Origin: an uncultured Christensenella sp.
GTDB taxonomy: Bacteria > Bacillota > Clostridia > Christensenellales > UBA1242
Reading direction: 5' to 3'
Assembly: GCA_964541825.1 (NCBI GenBank)
Contig: CAZIRR010000001.1
Coordinates: 72,956-136,955, forward strand
DNA length: 64,000 bases
Positions 18,171 to 28,041 of the stretch are shown one piece after another. Below the pieces are notes generated by a model, which was not told where the DNA came from, ran no database searches, and worked only from the letters and a program-made list of their open reading frames with translations. How positions within the stretch are numbered: position 1 is the stretch's first letter; each line of letters starts with the position of its first letter. The translations under genes and the position numbers were made by a program.

Positions 18171-19550
18171 TTAAAATTCGCAATTTCTAGGAGTACGAGG
18201 GAATGGAAGTACGTCACGAATATTGCTAGCACCAGTTACATACATTACAAATCTATCAAAGCCCATTCCAAATCCGCTATGTTTCACACTGCCGAATTTC
18301 CTCAAATTCAAATACCACCAATAGTCTTCTTCATTCAAGCCCATTTCGTGGATTCTATTTAGTAGTGTGTCGTAGTTTTCTTCTCTTTCGCTAGCACCGC
18401 ACAATTCGCCAATGCCAGGTACAAGCAAGTCGGTCGCTTTGACAGTCTTTTTGTCTTCATTCAATTTCATATAAAAAGCCTTGATATCTTTAGGATAGTC
18501 ATACACGAATACTGGTTTTTTGAATACTCTTTCGGTCAAGAATTTCTCGTGTTCGGTCTGAATATCTGCACCCCAAGATACTTTGTATTCAAATATATCG
18601 TTGTGTTTTTCCAATTCTTTGATAGCGTCAGTGTAAGTCACCCTTGCAAAGTCGCTAGTTGCCACGTGTTTTAGTTTGTCGAGCAATCCTTTTTCTACAA
18701 AAGAGTCGCAGAATTTCAATTCGTCAGGACATTTGTCAAAAAGATAATTGATTACACTTTTTACCATACTTTCCATTATATCCATATCGTCGGTAAGTTC
18801 GGCAAAAGCCATCTCTGGCTCAATGTGCCAAAATTCATTTGCGTGCTTGATAGTATTGCTATTCTCTGCTCTAAATGATGGGCCAAAAGTATAGATATTG
18901 CCCATAGATAGCGCAAAAGCTTCGCCTTCCAATTGACAAGATGGGCTCAAATAAACTTTTTTGCCAAATAATTCGTCTTCGGGATTTAATTTTTTGCCAT
19001 CGTAGATATCTAGTGTACTTACTTTGAATAATTCTCCCGCACCCTCACAGTCTGATGATGTAAGTAGTGGTGCTTGAAGATATACAAATCCCATATCGTT
19101 GAAGAATTTGTGTAGAGCAAATGCCGCTTCGCTTCTTATCCTAAATATTGCATTAAATAAGTTTGTCCTAGGTCTAAGATATGCATGCTCTCTCAAAAAT
19201 TCTACTGAGTGACCTTTTTTCTGAAGGGGATATGTGCTATCTGTTGCACAAACTATCTCCACTCTGTGTGCTTCTATCTCAAAAGGTTGCTTATTATTAG
19301 GAGTGCCAATAACCTTGCCTTCTACAATAATAGACGAGCCAGCATTCAATCTAGCCACATCGCTATAGTTATCTATATTCTCAGCTGAGAAAACTATCTG
19401 TGTGCCTTTGAAACTAGTGCCATCATTCAAATCAATAAAGCCAAAATTTTTATTATCTCTCACACTACGTACCCAGCCTGCCACTTTGACATTTTGGTTA
19501 TCCAATTGTGAGTATTCCCTATTTAATTTTGCTATATCCAATTTTTTCAT
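18171..19550 (-). CDS. asnS: Asparagine--tRNA ligase
   Basis: OB-fold start (VAGWVRSVR...FIDLNDG), class II motif 2 FGPSFRAENSNT, motif 3 HSGFGMGFDR and C-terminal PFPRTP. ATG at 19550 with GGAGG SD. Confidence 0.95.
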   Translation of the reverse strand: MKKLDIAKLNREYSQLDNQNVKVAGWVRSVRDNKNFGFIDLNDGTSFKGTQIVFSAENIDNYSDVARLNAGSSIIVEGKVIGTPNNKQPFEIEAHRVEIVCATDSTYPLQKKGHSVEFLREHAYLRPRTNLFNAIFRIRSEAAFALHKFFNDMGFVYLQAPLLTSSDCEGAGELFKVSTLDIYDGKKLNPEDELFGKKVYLSPSCQLEGEAFALSMGNIYTFGPSFRAENSNTIKHANEFWHIEPEMAFAELTDDMDIMESMVKSVINYLFDKCPDELKFCDSFVEKGLLDKLKHVATSDFARVTYTDAIKELEKHNDIFEYKVSWGADIQTEHEKFLTERVFKKPVFVYDYPKDIKAFYMKLNEDKKTVKATDLLVPGIGELCGASEREENYDTLLNRIHEMGLNEEDYWWYLNLRKFGSVKHSGFGMGFDRFVMYVTGASNIRDVLPFPRTPRNCEF

Positions 19551-19703
19551 ATTAGCCTCCAAAAAAATATTTACAGATAGAGTATATAACATTTTTTTTA
19601 TATTTGCAAATATTTTTTGTAATCAATGTTTTTTCCTTATCTATAAATATTTCTTTTTGTCTCTATTTCTCTAGTTTTTTTTGTCTTTTTTTATGTTTAT
19701 TAT

Positions 19704-21485
19704 TTATTCTGCCTCGGTTGTAGGGATTAGATCTTTTTCTTTCTTTTGTTTCTGATACAAATTCCTATATTGAGCATTCTTTGCCATCAATTCTTTGTGT
19801 GTGCCAGATGCCACTATTTTGCCTTTTTTGATAAAATATATAGTATCGCAATCTTCTATAGTAGATAGTCTATGTGCGATAGTTATGATAGTGTGGTCTT
19901 TTTTCAAGATATCTACATTATCCATAACGTGTTCTTGACTAATATTATCTAGAGCACTTGTTGCTTCGTCAAATATAAGTATCTTGCTCTTTTTTAGCAA
20001 TGCTCTAGCTATACAAATTCTCTGTTTCTGTCCACCGCTTAGTCTTGTGCCACCTTCTCCCAAAAAGCTATCCAATTTGTCTGGCAATGCCTTGACAAAT
20101 TCGTCCGCATTAGCTAGTCTTAGTACTTCATATATCTCTCTATCTGTTGCGTCTGCCTTGATAAGTTGCATATTTTCTCTAATGGTCAAATTGAATACAT
20201 AAGGGAATTGATTTATCATACTTACATTTTGCCCATATGATTGGTCAAGTGTCAAACTGTCTATATCGTCAAAGTAAATTACACCTGCCGAAGGGTCATA
20301 GAGTTTGCAGATGAGTGCTACAATTGTAGACTTCCCGCAACCGCTTTCTCCCACAAAAGCCACGTGTGTATTTGGCTCTATCGTAAAGCTGATATTGTCT
20401 AGTATAGTTTCCCCCCTGACATATGCAAAAGTGACATCTTTAAATTCTATTTTGCCATTACAATTATCTACTATTTTATCTCCAAATTTGTCGTGAAGAT
20501 ATACTTTGTCGTCCATAAGCTCAAATACTCTATATGCATTTACTTCCATCTCTTTGAAGTAATTTTGCAAATCTCCTAGTTGAACGGCAAAGTCCATTAC
20601 GTTATTTTTGTATACATAGATAGTATAGAATATTGCCAAATCTAGACTGCCTTTGGATATCATTAGAATGCAAAGTCCCACAAAAAGTAAATTGCATATA
20701 GCTCTGACAAGTGTGGCAAGAGAGGATAAAAATGTGCCAACATACCATTCGTTATTGTCTCTTTTGGTATATTCAGTTTGCAAATCATTTACACGATTTA
20801 ATAGGCTCGAACTTAGTCCCAAAGTCTTTATATCTTTGATAGCACGTACGCTTTCGCCAATAAGAGAATTAATTTCTTCATCTTTCTTGAGAACTTTTGG
20901 TTTCAATTTTGCGAAATAATGTATACGAATTTGATATATTAGATATCTTATTATTATAAATGCTATCAAGAATAATCCTATCCAAACATTGATAATAGTG
21001 ACATATATAATAAATCCAATTTTGCTCGTAAACGAAATAACCGTCTCGCTTATCGACTTAAAAGAATTTGCTAGAGAATTTAGGTCGCTTGTAAGCCTAG
21101 TTACAAATAGCCCATTGCCAAGATTTTCATATTCGCCAATATTGATATTAAATGAATTTTTGATAATATCTAGTTTTACATCTCTCTTGACATAATTTTC
21201 AAGTTTTTTGAAAAATGGCACACGTATTAGTCCCAAGCATACCGAAATAAGCTCTAGCCCAAAAAATAATAGGGCAAATTTCCAAGCAAGGGAGAAATTC
21301 TGAGTAATTGTCATATGGCTGATAACATCGCCCAAAACCATAGGTGAGAAGAAACTTACAACGGCAGAGAGTATAAGAGTGAGCCAAAACATTAGACAAA
21401 GCATTTTGTATCTAGTGAAATAACGCAAATACTTCTTTAAATTTTTCATACCTTTCATTTTTTTCTTTTCTTCTAACTCAACCAT
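19704..21485 (-). CDS. ABC exporter, fused permease/ATPase (MdlB/MsbA-like half transporter)
   Basis: N-terminal TM helices, Walker A GESGCGKS, signature LSGGQ, Walker B LIFDEATSALD, H-loop IAHRL. Start chosen at 21485 for the AAAGAGGG SD. Confidence 0.92.
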   Translation of the reverse strand: MVELEEKKKMKGMKNLKKYLRYFTRYKMLCLMFWLTLILSAVVSFFSPMVLGDVISHMTITQNFSLAWKFALLFFGLELISVCLGLIRVPFFKKLENYVKRDVKLDIIKNSFNINIGEYENLGNGLFVTRLTSDLNSLANSFKSISETVISFTSKIGFIIYVTIINVWIGLFLIAFIIIRYLIYQIRIHYFAKLKPKVLKKDEEINSLIGESVRAIKDIKTLGLSSSLLNRVNDLQTEYTKRDNNEWYVGTFLSSLATLVRAICNLLFVGLCILMISKGSLDLAIFYTIYVYKNNVMDFAVQLGDLQNYFKEMEVNAYRVFELMDDKVYLHDKFGDKIVDNCNGKIEFKDVTFAYVRGETILDNISFTIEPNTHVAFVGESGCGKSTIVALICKLYDPSAGVIYFDDIDSLTLDQSYGQNVSMINQFPYVFNLTIRENMQLIKADATDREIYEVLRLANADEFVKALPDKLDSFLGEGGTRLSGGQKQRICIARALLKKSKILIFDEATSALDNISQEHVMDNVDILKKDHTIITIAHRLSTIEDCDTIYFIKKGKIVASGTHKELMAKNAQYRNLYQKQKKEKDLIPTTEAE

Positions 21486-21745
21486 AATACTACCCTCTTT
21501 TGCTTGCATTTTTTCGAAATATTTGGCAAATATTGCACATTTTTGTCGATATTTGTTTTATACCGCTAAGAGTATACATTTTAATTTTGAATTTTGCAAT
21601 ATTTATTATAAAATTTTTTTAAAAAATTTGCATATTTTTTCAAATCTGTCGCAAAATAAAAATAAGATAAGAAATGACTTCTTATCTTCGTACGAGATAG
21701 CAAGGCAAGGAAATAACTCCTTGCCTTTTCTCGTATTTAATATGT

Positions 21746-23230
21746 TTAGTCCACCGCCACTATTTTTACCTTGCCATTTATCCAACTTGTAAATACATCT
21801 CGTAGATTGCATTTGCTACTCTTATTGAATGCCTCTATTAAACTGTCGGGTGTGGCTATCTTGAATTTGTTGTCTTCAAAATATGTCTGTAGACATTTGC
21901 AAAATTTGTCTTTGCCAAGAAGCTCTTTTATATTATCAAATATTAGCATACCTTTGACGTAGGCTATATATACATATTCGCTTTCGTTATTGTATTCGTT
22001 TAGTTTTCTATTCATAGTCGTGTCCACCTTTGAAAAAACTTTGGTGTACACATCTACAAATGTTACAAAACTATTAGTGGTGTTTTTTATCAGTTCATCT
22101 GTATTTACATTGTACTGAGGGTTTTCATCATAGAATAGTATAGTAGAATATTCTGTTAGTCCTTCGTCTAGCCAGCCATATGCATATTCATTATTTCCTA
22201 CTATCCCATACCACCACTGATGAGCTATCTCGTGAACAATTACATTTATGTAGTCACTCTGTACATCTACCATATCAGATATAAGTACTAGATTTGGATA
22301 TTCCATTCCCCCGTGTACAAAGTCGCTCTCAACTACACTAAGGGTTTTGTATGGATATGTCCCAAAAAGTTTATTAAAAGTCTTTACACTATCTACAGCT
22401 GTCTTGATAGCTTCGCTTGGATATTGATTGTTATAATAGTAGTAATTGATAGTAGTTCCGTCTATATTGTCAGAAACTACCTCAAATTTGTCAGAAAGCA
22501 CCATTGCAAAATCTCTGACGGTCAAGGCTTTTAGATTGTATGTGTTTGTTTCTTCTCCTTCTACAATGCTAGAGACCTCTCCCGAATTGGCGAGTACTAG
22601 ATTTTTGTTTGCTGTGATGTTTACATTGTAATTGGCTACATCACTATAAAAAGGGTCGCCATTGTAATGATAGCTATCTATGACAAAATCTCCATTCTCA
22701 TACATACAAGCGATAGGGTAAAAATTGGCAATATTTATAGTGTCGTCTCCATATCCAAATCGGTGATTAATATTAGGTATAGTTACTTTGTATTCGAAGT
22801 AAACTTCTACACTGTCATTTGGCTGTAAACTCTCGGACAATTTAACATTGGCAATGTCTTCATCATTTCCACATATTTCTATAGTTGAATCTTGACCATT
22901 GACTGTTTGCTTGATAATATTAATCCCGCCATCACTTGCACCATTGTAATAGCACTTTTTGTAATTAAGAGAACTTACAACACTAGAAGTGGCCCCAATC
23001 CTAAAACTCTGCGGATACAAATGAAACATTATATGGTCTAGGCTGGTGCCAGTATTATTTTTGTACTCTACTGTTTGCGTACAATCCAAAGTTTTGTCGT
23101 CGTTGAGGGTGATGTCTATATTGTATGTCGATAGATTTTTTGAGGCTTTGAGAACTTCATCTTGTTTGCAACCAACCAATACAAATATTAGCGGAAGAAG
23201 TGTTAGGAGTAAAAGTTTTTTTATTTTCAT
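21746..23230 (-). CDS. M1-family zinc aminopeptidase, lipoprotein
   Basis: GGMEY exopeptidase motif, HEIAHQWW...WLDEG (HExxH-18-E), lipobox LVG-C. Confidence 0.92.
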   Translation of the reverse strand: MKIKKLLLLTLLPLIFVLVGCKQDEVLKASKNLSTYNIDITLNDDKTLDCTQTVEYKNNTGTSLDHIMFHLYPQSFRIGATSSVVSSLNYKKCYYNGASDGGINIIKQTVNGQDSTIEICGNDEDIANVKLSESLQPNDSVEVYFEYKVTIPNINHRFGYGDDTINIANFYPIACMYENGDFVIDSYHYNGDPFYSDVANYNVNITANKNLVLANSGEVSSIVEGEETNTYNLKALTVRDFAMVLSDKFEVVSDNIDGTTINYYYYNNQYPSEAIKTAVDSVKTFNKLFGTYPYKTLSVVESDFVHGGMEYPNLVLISDMVDVQSDYINVIVHEIAHQWWYGIVGNNEYAYGWLDEGLTEYSTILFYDENPQYNVNTDELIKNTTNSFVTFVDVYTKVFSKVDTTMNRKLNEYNNESEYVYIAYVKGMLIFDNIKELLGKDKFCKCLQTYFEDNKFKIATPDSLIEAFNKSSKCNLRDVFTSWINGKVKIVAVD

Positions 23231-23377
23231 TATTATTCCCTTCTTTAAATATTTTTGAAAAACACATTTTGGTGTCGGGTTTAAAATACTTATATTCTTT
23301 CGCTTAATTATTTATGCATATCAAGTTTAAATATTTTGTTTCCTTTTTAAGATTTTTTGTGCTAAACTACATTTTGT

Positions 23378-24295
23378 ATGGATAGATACAATCACTTAAA
23401 TAAATATCTTATAAATAAATTCGGCAGACGTACTCTCAAAATTTGTGTGGACGGACATTTTACTTGCCCAAATAGAAATGGTGACAAAGGTGTGGGCGGT
23501 TGTATCTTTTGTAGCCCACAAGGTGCTGGAGAAAATATCAAAGGAATATGTATAGACCGCACCAAATCTATTGTCAATCAAGTATCTTCTTTTTTGCAAA
23601 GTTACAGGGGAGAGAGGGCGGATAGCTTTATTGTGTACTTTCAAGCATTTAGTGGCACTTATGATAGCTTGGACAATCTCAAATCTGTCTATGATACAGC
23701 TCTTTCAGTTAGCAAAAAAATTGTAGGCTTGTCAGTCGCAACACGTCCCGATTTGATTGATGACAATGTTGCCAAACTCCTCTCTTCTTACAAAGATAAA
23801 TATTATGTGTCTGTAGAACTAGGCTTGCAAACAGCCAACGAAAGTATTGGCAAATTTATCAATAGGTGTTATACTAATGACGATTACTTGAATGCGTGTA
23901 GGATACTAAGTAAATACGACATTGATGTAGTGACACATATTATGGTAGGCTTGCCATTTGAGCAAGAAAAAGATATTGACGATACGGTGAGATTGATAAA
24001 TATAAGTGGGGCAAAAGGTGTCAAAATTCACAATACGTATGTAGTTAAAGATACCAAACTTGCCCAAATGTATAATGATGGCAAATATGAGCCTATATCT
24101 CTAGATTATTATGTAAAACAAGTGGGAAGAATTATAAGTATGCTTGACAAAAGTATTATAGTTCACCGCATTACTGGAGACCCTCCAGCACAAGATTTTG
24201 TAGCCCCAGAGTATGCCACTCACAAGAAGATAATGCTTAATGCAATTAATAGAAATTTAGAAAGCAAAAATATATTTCAAGGAGAAAATTTATGA
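23378..24295 (+). CDS. Radical SAM protein, TIGR01212 (YhcC/YtqA) family
   Basis: FTCPNRNG...GGCIFC cluster motif, YFQAF, ATRPD, VELGLQT and C-terminal HRITGD. Confidence 0.9.
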   Translation: MDRYNHLNKYLINKFGRRTLKICVDGHFTCPNRNGDKGVGGCIFCSPQGAGENIKGICIDRTKSIVNQVSSFLQSYRGERADSFIVYFQAFSGTYDSLDNLKSVYDTALSVSKKIVGLSVATRPDLIDDNVAKLLSSYKDKYYVSVELGLQTANESIGKFINRCYTNDDYLNACRILSKYDIDVVTHIMVGLPFEQEKDIDDTVRLINISGAKGVKIHNTYVVKDTKLAQMYNDGKYEPISLDYYVKQVGRIISMLDKSIIVHRITGDPPAQDFVAPEYATHKKIMLNAINRNLESKNIFQGENL

Positions 24296-25200
24296 AAAAA
24301 GTAGTTATAGTTGGTTGTGGAAACGTTGGAATGAGTTATGCTTATGCTATGACAGTTAATGGTGTAGGTATTGATGAATTGGTTTTGATAGATATCAACA
24401 AGCAAAAAGCAGAGGGTGAGGCTATGGACTTGAGCCACGCTATGTCGTATGCACCCAAGAATTTCAAATGCTATGCTGGAGAATATTCCGATTGTGGAGA
24501 TGCAACTATTGTATGCATTTGTGCTGGCAGAAATCAAAATGTTGGCGAGACCCGTACAGATTTGATTTACAAAAATACCGAAGTCTTCAAAGATATTGTC
24601 GGCAAAATCAAACAAACGGGATTTAATGGTATTTACATTGTCGCCACCAATCCCCTAGATGTTATGACAGACATCACATATAGATTGTCGGGACTTCCTG
24701 CACACAAAGTTTTGGGGAGTGGGACAACTTTGGATAGCGCTAGACTTAGATATCTTGTGGGACAAGAAATAGGCATCAATCCCAAAAGTATCCACGGCTA
24801 TGTCATAGGCGAACACGGAGATAGTGAGTTTATTCCTTGGAACAATGTTATTATTGGTCTAGAAAAAGCCGAAAAATTCTTAACTAGTGAGCAAATGGAC
24901 AATATCTCAAAAGAAGTTACTTGTAGCGCTTATGATATAATAGAAAAGAAGGGTAATACAAGTTATGGCATAGGTATGTCTTTGCTTAAAATAACAAATG
25001 CAATACTTAATAATGAGAATAGTATTATGTCTATTTCTGCATACAACAAACTCCACGATTGTTACTTTTCTATCCCATCAATTGTAAATAAATCGGGAGT
25101 AAAGAAATCGCTATATATCACACTTACACACGAAGACGAACAAAAATTACAAACGTCTATTGACAAAATCAAAGACGACAAATCCAAGATTTCTCTGTAA
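24292..25200 (+). CDS. ldh: L-lactate dehydrogenase
   Basis: GCGNVG Rossmann motif, substrate loop NQNVGETR with the LDH Gln, NPLD, LDSAR, GEHGDS. Confidence 0.92.
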   Translation: MKKVVIVGCGNVGMSYAYAMTVNGVGIDELVLIDINKQKAEGEAMDLSHAMSYAPKNFKCYAGEYSDCGDATIVCICAGRNQNVGETRTDLIYKNTEVFKDIVGKIKQTGFNGIYIVATNPLDVMTDITYRLSGLPAHKVLGSGTTLDSARLRYLVGQEIGINPKSIHGYVIGEHGDSEFIPWNNVIIGLEKAEKFLTSEQMDNISKEVTCSAYDIIEKKGNTSYGIGMSLLKITNAILNNENSIMSISAYNKLHDCYFSIPSIVNKSGVKKSLYITLTHEDEQKLQTSIDKIKDDKSKISL

Positions 25201-25229
25201 TTTTCTGTTTATTCTTAAAAAATAAATAT

Positions 25230-25268
25230 AAAAAAGAGAGGATATTTTTATTTGTACTCTCTTTTTTT
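25230..25268 (+). terminator. Intrinsic terminator after ldh
   Basis: AAAAAAGAGAG...CTCTCTTTTTT inverted repeat. Confidence 0.6.
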
Positions 25269-25376
25269 ATGCACCAATTCACAATATTTTTTCTATTTAA
25301 CATATATGAGTAATATATATTAAGTAATTATAATCAGTCCAAAATGATTGAAAAAAAATAATATTTGGGGTAAAAT

Positions 25377-26285
25377 ATGAGAGTACAAAAATTAAATAAT
25401 CAAAAACTAGCAAGATTAAATAAAAAAGGAATTACTCAATTTAATAAAGAATTGAGAGATTTAAATACTTTTAGGATTTCTGGTAAGGCAAAAATTTATT
25501 TAGAACTCAAGACTATCGAGAATTTGATAGATGTTATTGATTATTTACTTAAATGCCACGAAAATTTTTTTGTTTTAGGTGGCGGAAGCAATGTACTAGT
25601 ATGCAATTTTTATGATGGTGCAATTATTAGATTGACGGGCGATTTTGCTCATATAGAGATGGTAGATGATGTAGTAGAAATGGGAGCGGGAGTGACACTT
25701 GCTCAAGCCTTGAATTATTGTCTGGACAATAATTTAGGCGGATTTGAAGAGAGTATCGGGATACCTGCAACTATAGGCGGAGCTACATATATGAATGCAA
25801 GTTGCTTTGATTTCGAAATGTCCAAAGTTGTTCTTTATGTAGTGGCTTATAGTGTAGAGTTGGGCAAAATTACATTTCTCACAAATGACGATTGTCTCTT
25901 TGGCTATAGGAGAAGTGTTTTTCAAAATTCCAAATATATCATTCTTCGAGTGGGAATGAATTTTCGCCACGAAGAAAAAGAAATTTTGGAAAAGAGAAAA
26001 GCAGATACTCTTGCTAGAAGACTGTCTTCTCAACCAAAAGGCTTCTCTGCCGGCTCTGTTTTCAAAAAAATTGACAATCTAAATATAAGCAAAATGCTTG
26101 ATGATATGGGTGTCAAAGGCAAGAAATTAGGAGGGGCAGTTGTGTCAGATAAACACGCAAACTTTATCATAAATGCAAATAACGCTACTAGTGACGATGT
26201 TAAATTGTTGATATCGCAAATAATAGACGAATTTCAAAATAAATATCGTATTCAATTGCAGAGAGAAATAGAATATTTGGAATAA
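25377..26285 (+). CDS. murB: UDP-N-acetylenolpyruvoylglucosamine reductase
   Basis: LGGGSNVL, GIPATIGGA, FGYRRS, SAGSVFK, KHANFIIN and LQREI motifs. Confidence 0.93.
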   Translation: MRVQKLNNQKLARLNKKGITQFNKELRDLNTFRISGKAKIYLELKTIENLIDVIDYLLKCHENFFVLGGGSNVLVCNFYDGAIIRLTGDFAHIEMVDDVVEMGAGVTLAQALNYCLDNNLGGFEESIGIPATIGGATYMNASCFDFEMSKVVLYVVAYSVELGKITFLTNDDCLFGYRRSVFQNSKYIILRVGMNFRHEEKEILEKRKADTLARRLSSQPKGFSAGSVFKKIDNLNISKMLDDMGVKGKKLGGAVVSDKHANFIINANNATSDDVKLLISQIIDEFQNKYRIQLQREIEYLE

Positions 26286-26297
26286 CTGGAGATATAT

Positions 26298-27032
26298 ATG
26301 AAATTAATTGGAGATTTCCATTCTCATACTACATATACTCATGGGACAAGCACTATAGAAGAAAATGCAACTCAAGCTGATGTCTTGGGACTAGAGTATT
26401 TGGCAATAACTGAGCATTGCTATGCATCTACTTATCATATCAAAAAGGGCGATTTGGATAGAATGCGTGCAGATATCGACAAATGCCAACCTCATCACAA
26501 AGTAAAATTGCTTCTAGGCATAGAGGCAAATTTAATATCGGAGAATGGAGATATAGATATAAGTGACGAAGAACTAGAAAAATTAGATGTGGTAGTTCTT
26601 GCTTTTCATAAATTTTGCAAAGTGGGTATTAAACAATTTTTTAAGTTTGTATTACCAAATCTTATCTGCAAAAAACCTACCAAAAAACAAATTGAGAAAA
26701 ATACCACGGCTTACCTGCAAGCCATAAAAAAACATAAGGTAAATATATTGGCTCACTTGCAATATGGCGGTTGCTATGTCGATTGCGAAAAGATTGCCAA
26801 AGAATGTGTCAAGAGAGGGATATATATAGAATTAAATGGTAAGCGTATAAATTTTAGCAAAGAAGATATCCAAAAGATGGTGGCAACAGGTGTGCAATTT
26901 ATTATAGATAGCGATGCTCACGATAAATATAGTATTGGCAAAAATAATAGAGCGTGGAACTTTGTAGAAAAATATAATATTCCTCTAAGTCAAATAGTCA
27001 ATATCAATGAAAAACCAAACTTTATTAAGTAG
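26298..27032 (+). CDS. PHP-domain phosphoesterase (YcdX-like)
   Basis: DFHSHT, ITEH, GIEAN, LAH and DSDAH motifs. Confidence 0.9.
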   Translation: MKLIGDFHSHTTYTHGTSTIEENATQADVLGLEYLAITEHCYASTYHIKKGDLDRMRADIDKCQPHHKVKLLLGIEANLISENGDIDISDEELEKLDVVVLAFHKFCKVGIKQFFKFVLPNLICKKPTKKQIEKNTTAYLQAIKKHKVNILAHLQYGGCYVDCEKIAKECVKRGIYIELNGKRINFSKEDIQKMVATGVQFIIDSDAHDKYSIGKNNRAWNFVEKYNIPLSQIVNINEKPNFIK

Positions 27033-27040
27033 GAGATGCA

Positions 27041-28033
27041 ATGTCTTTTTCAGCAAATGCAAAAATGGAAGTTTTAAAAAGTGAAATAGAAAACGATTGT
27101 TGTTCTATTGCTTTTTTGAGTGCAATTATCAAGTGTGCAGGAGAATTGAGCATCTCTGCCAATCATCACATCAAAGTTGAAATTTTTACAGAAATTCCAG
27201 AAATATTCGACAAAATCAAACACATAATAGAACAATATTATGGCAAAGAATGTGAAATGACAATGGTGGAAAACACCAATATTTCCAAGTCTTCTAGATA
27301 CAAAATTACTTTGCCATACGATATCACCGACCAATTACTCAAAGATTTAGGCATTATGTCGATAGACGAGAATGGAATGCTCGCTATTGAGAATGGTATT
27401 TCGGACTTTATAATAGTTGATGATTGTTGCAAAAGAAGTTATGTCAAAGGTACATTTGTAGCTTGCTCTACTAGCAATATAGTTATCAAAAATTATGATA
27501 ATAACAAAGGTAGCGGATATCATCTAGAATTTGTATTTAATTTCGAAAAAATTGCCGAAGACTTTGTGCGTCTGCTTGCTTTTTTTGATATTCCAGCAAA
27601 GATAACTATCCGCAAAAATTCACCTATTGTATACATCAAAGAATATCAATTAATTTGCGATACTTTGGCTCTAGTTGGGGCAAACAAAGCTGTCCTTGAT
27701 TTGCAAAACGAGGCGGCCATTAGAGAACTTAGAAACAATGTCAATAGGCAGAATAATTGCCTCAATGCCAATCTGAACAAAACAGTTCAAGCGTCAGTCA
27801 AACAATTGAATGCTATCAAGAATATTCAAGAAAATATGGGACTAGAGAGTTTAAATGAAAACTTAATGGAATTAGCTTTGCTTAGACTTGCCAATCCCGA
27901 GGCTTCATTAGAAGAATTAAGAGAACTCTATTCCGAAAAACTTACAAAAAGCGGGATTAATCATAGATTTTCCAAAATTATAGAAATTAGCGATAATATA
28001 ACCAAAAACAAATTTAGAATTACAACACTTTAG
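27041..28033 (+). CDS. whiA: DNA-binding protein WhiA
   Basis: MSFSxxxKxE start, GYHLEF, RNNVNRxxNCxxANL, and C-terminal HTH SLEEL...TKSGINHR. Confidence 0.93.
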   Translation: MSFSANAKMEVLKSEIENDCCSIAFLSAIIKCAGELSISANHHIKVEIFTEIPEIFDKIKHIIEQYYGKECEMTMVENTNISKSSRYKITLPYDITDQLLKDLGIMSIDENGMLAIENGISDFIIVDDCCKRSYVKGTFVACSTSNIVIKNYDNNKGSGYHLEFVFNFEKIAEDFVRLLAFFDIPAKITIRKNSPIVYIKEYQLICDTLALVGANKAVLDLQNEAAIRELRNNVNRQNNCLNANLNKTVQASVKQLNAIKNIQENMGLESLNENLMELALLRLANPEASLEELRELYSEKLTKSGINHRFSKIIEISDNITKNKFRITTL

Positions 28034-28041
28034 GAGAAACA

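Noticed and set aside
19551-19703. T-box leader upstream of asnS
   Set aside because: The promoter (TTGCAA-17-TATACT) lies only about 30 nt from the start, and no T-box sequence is present.
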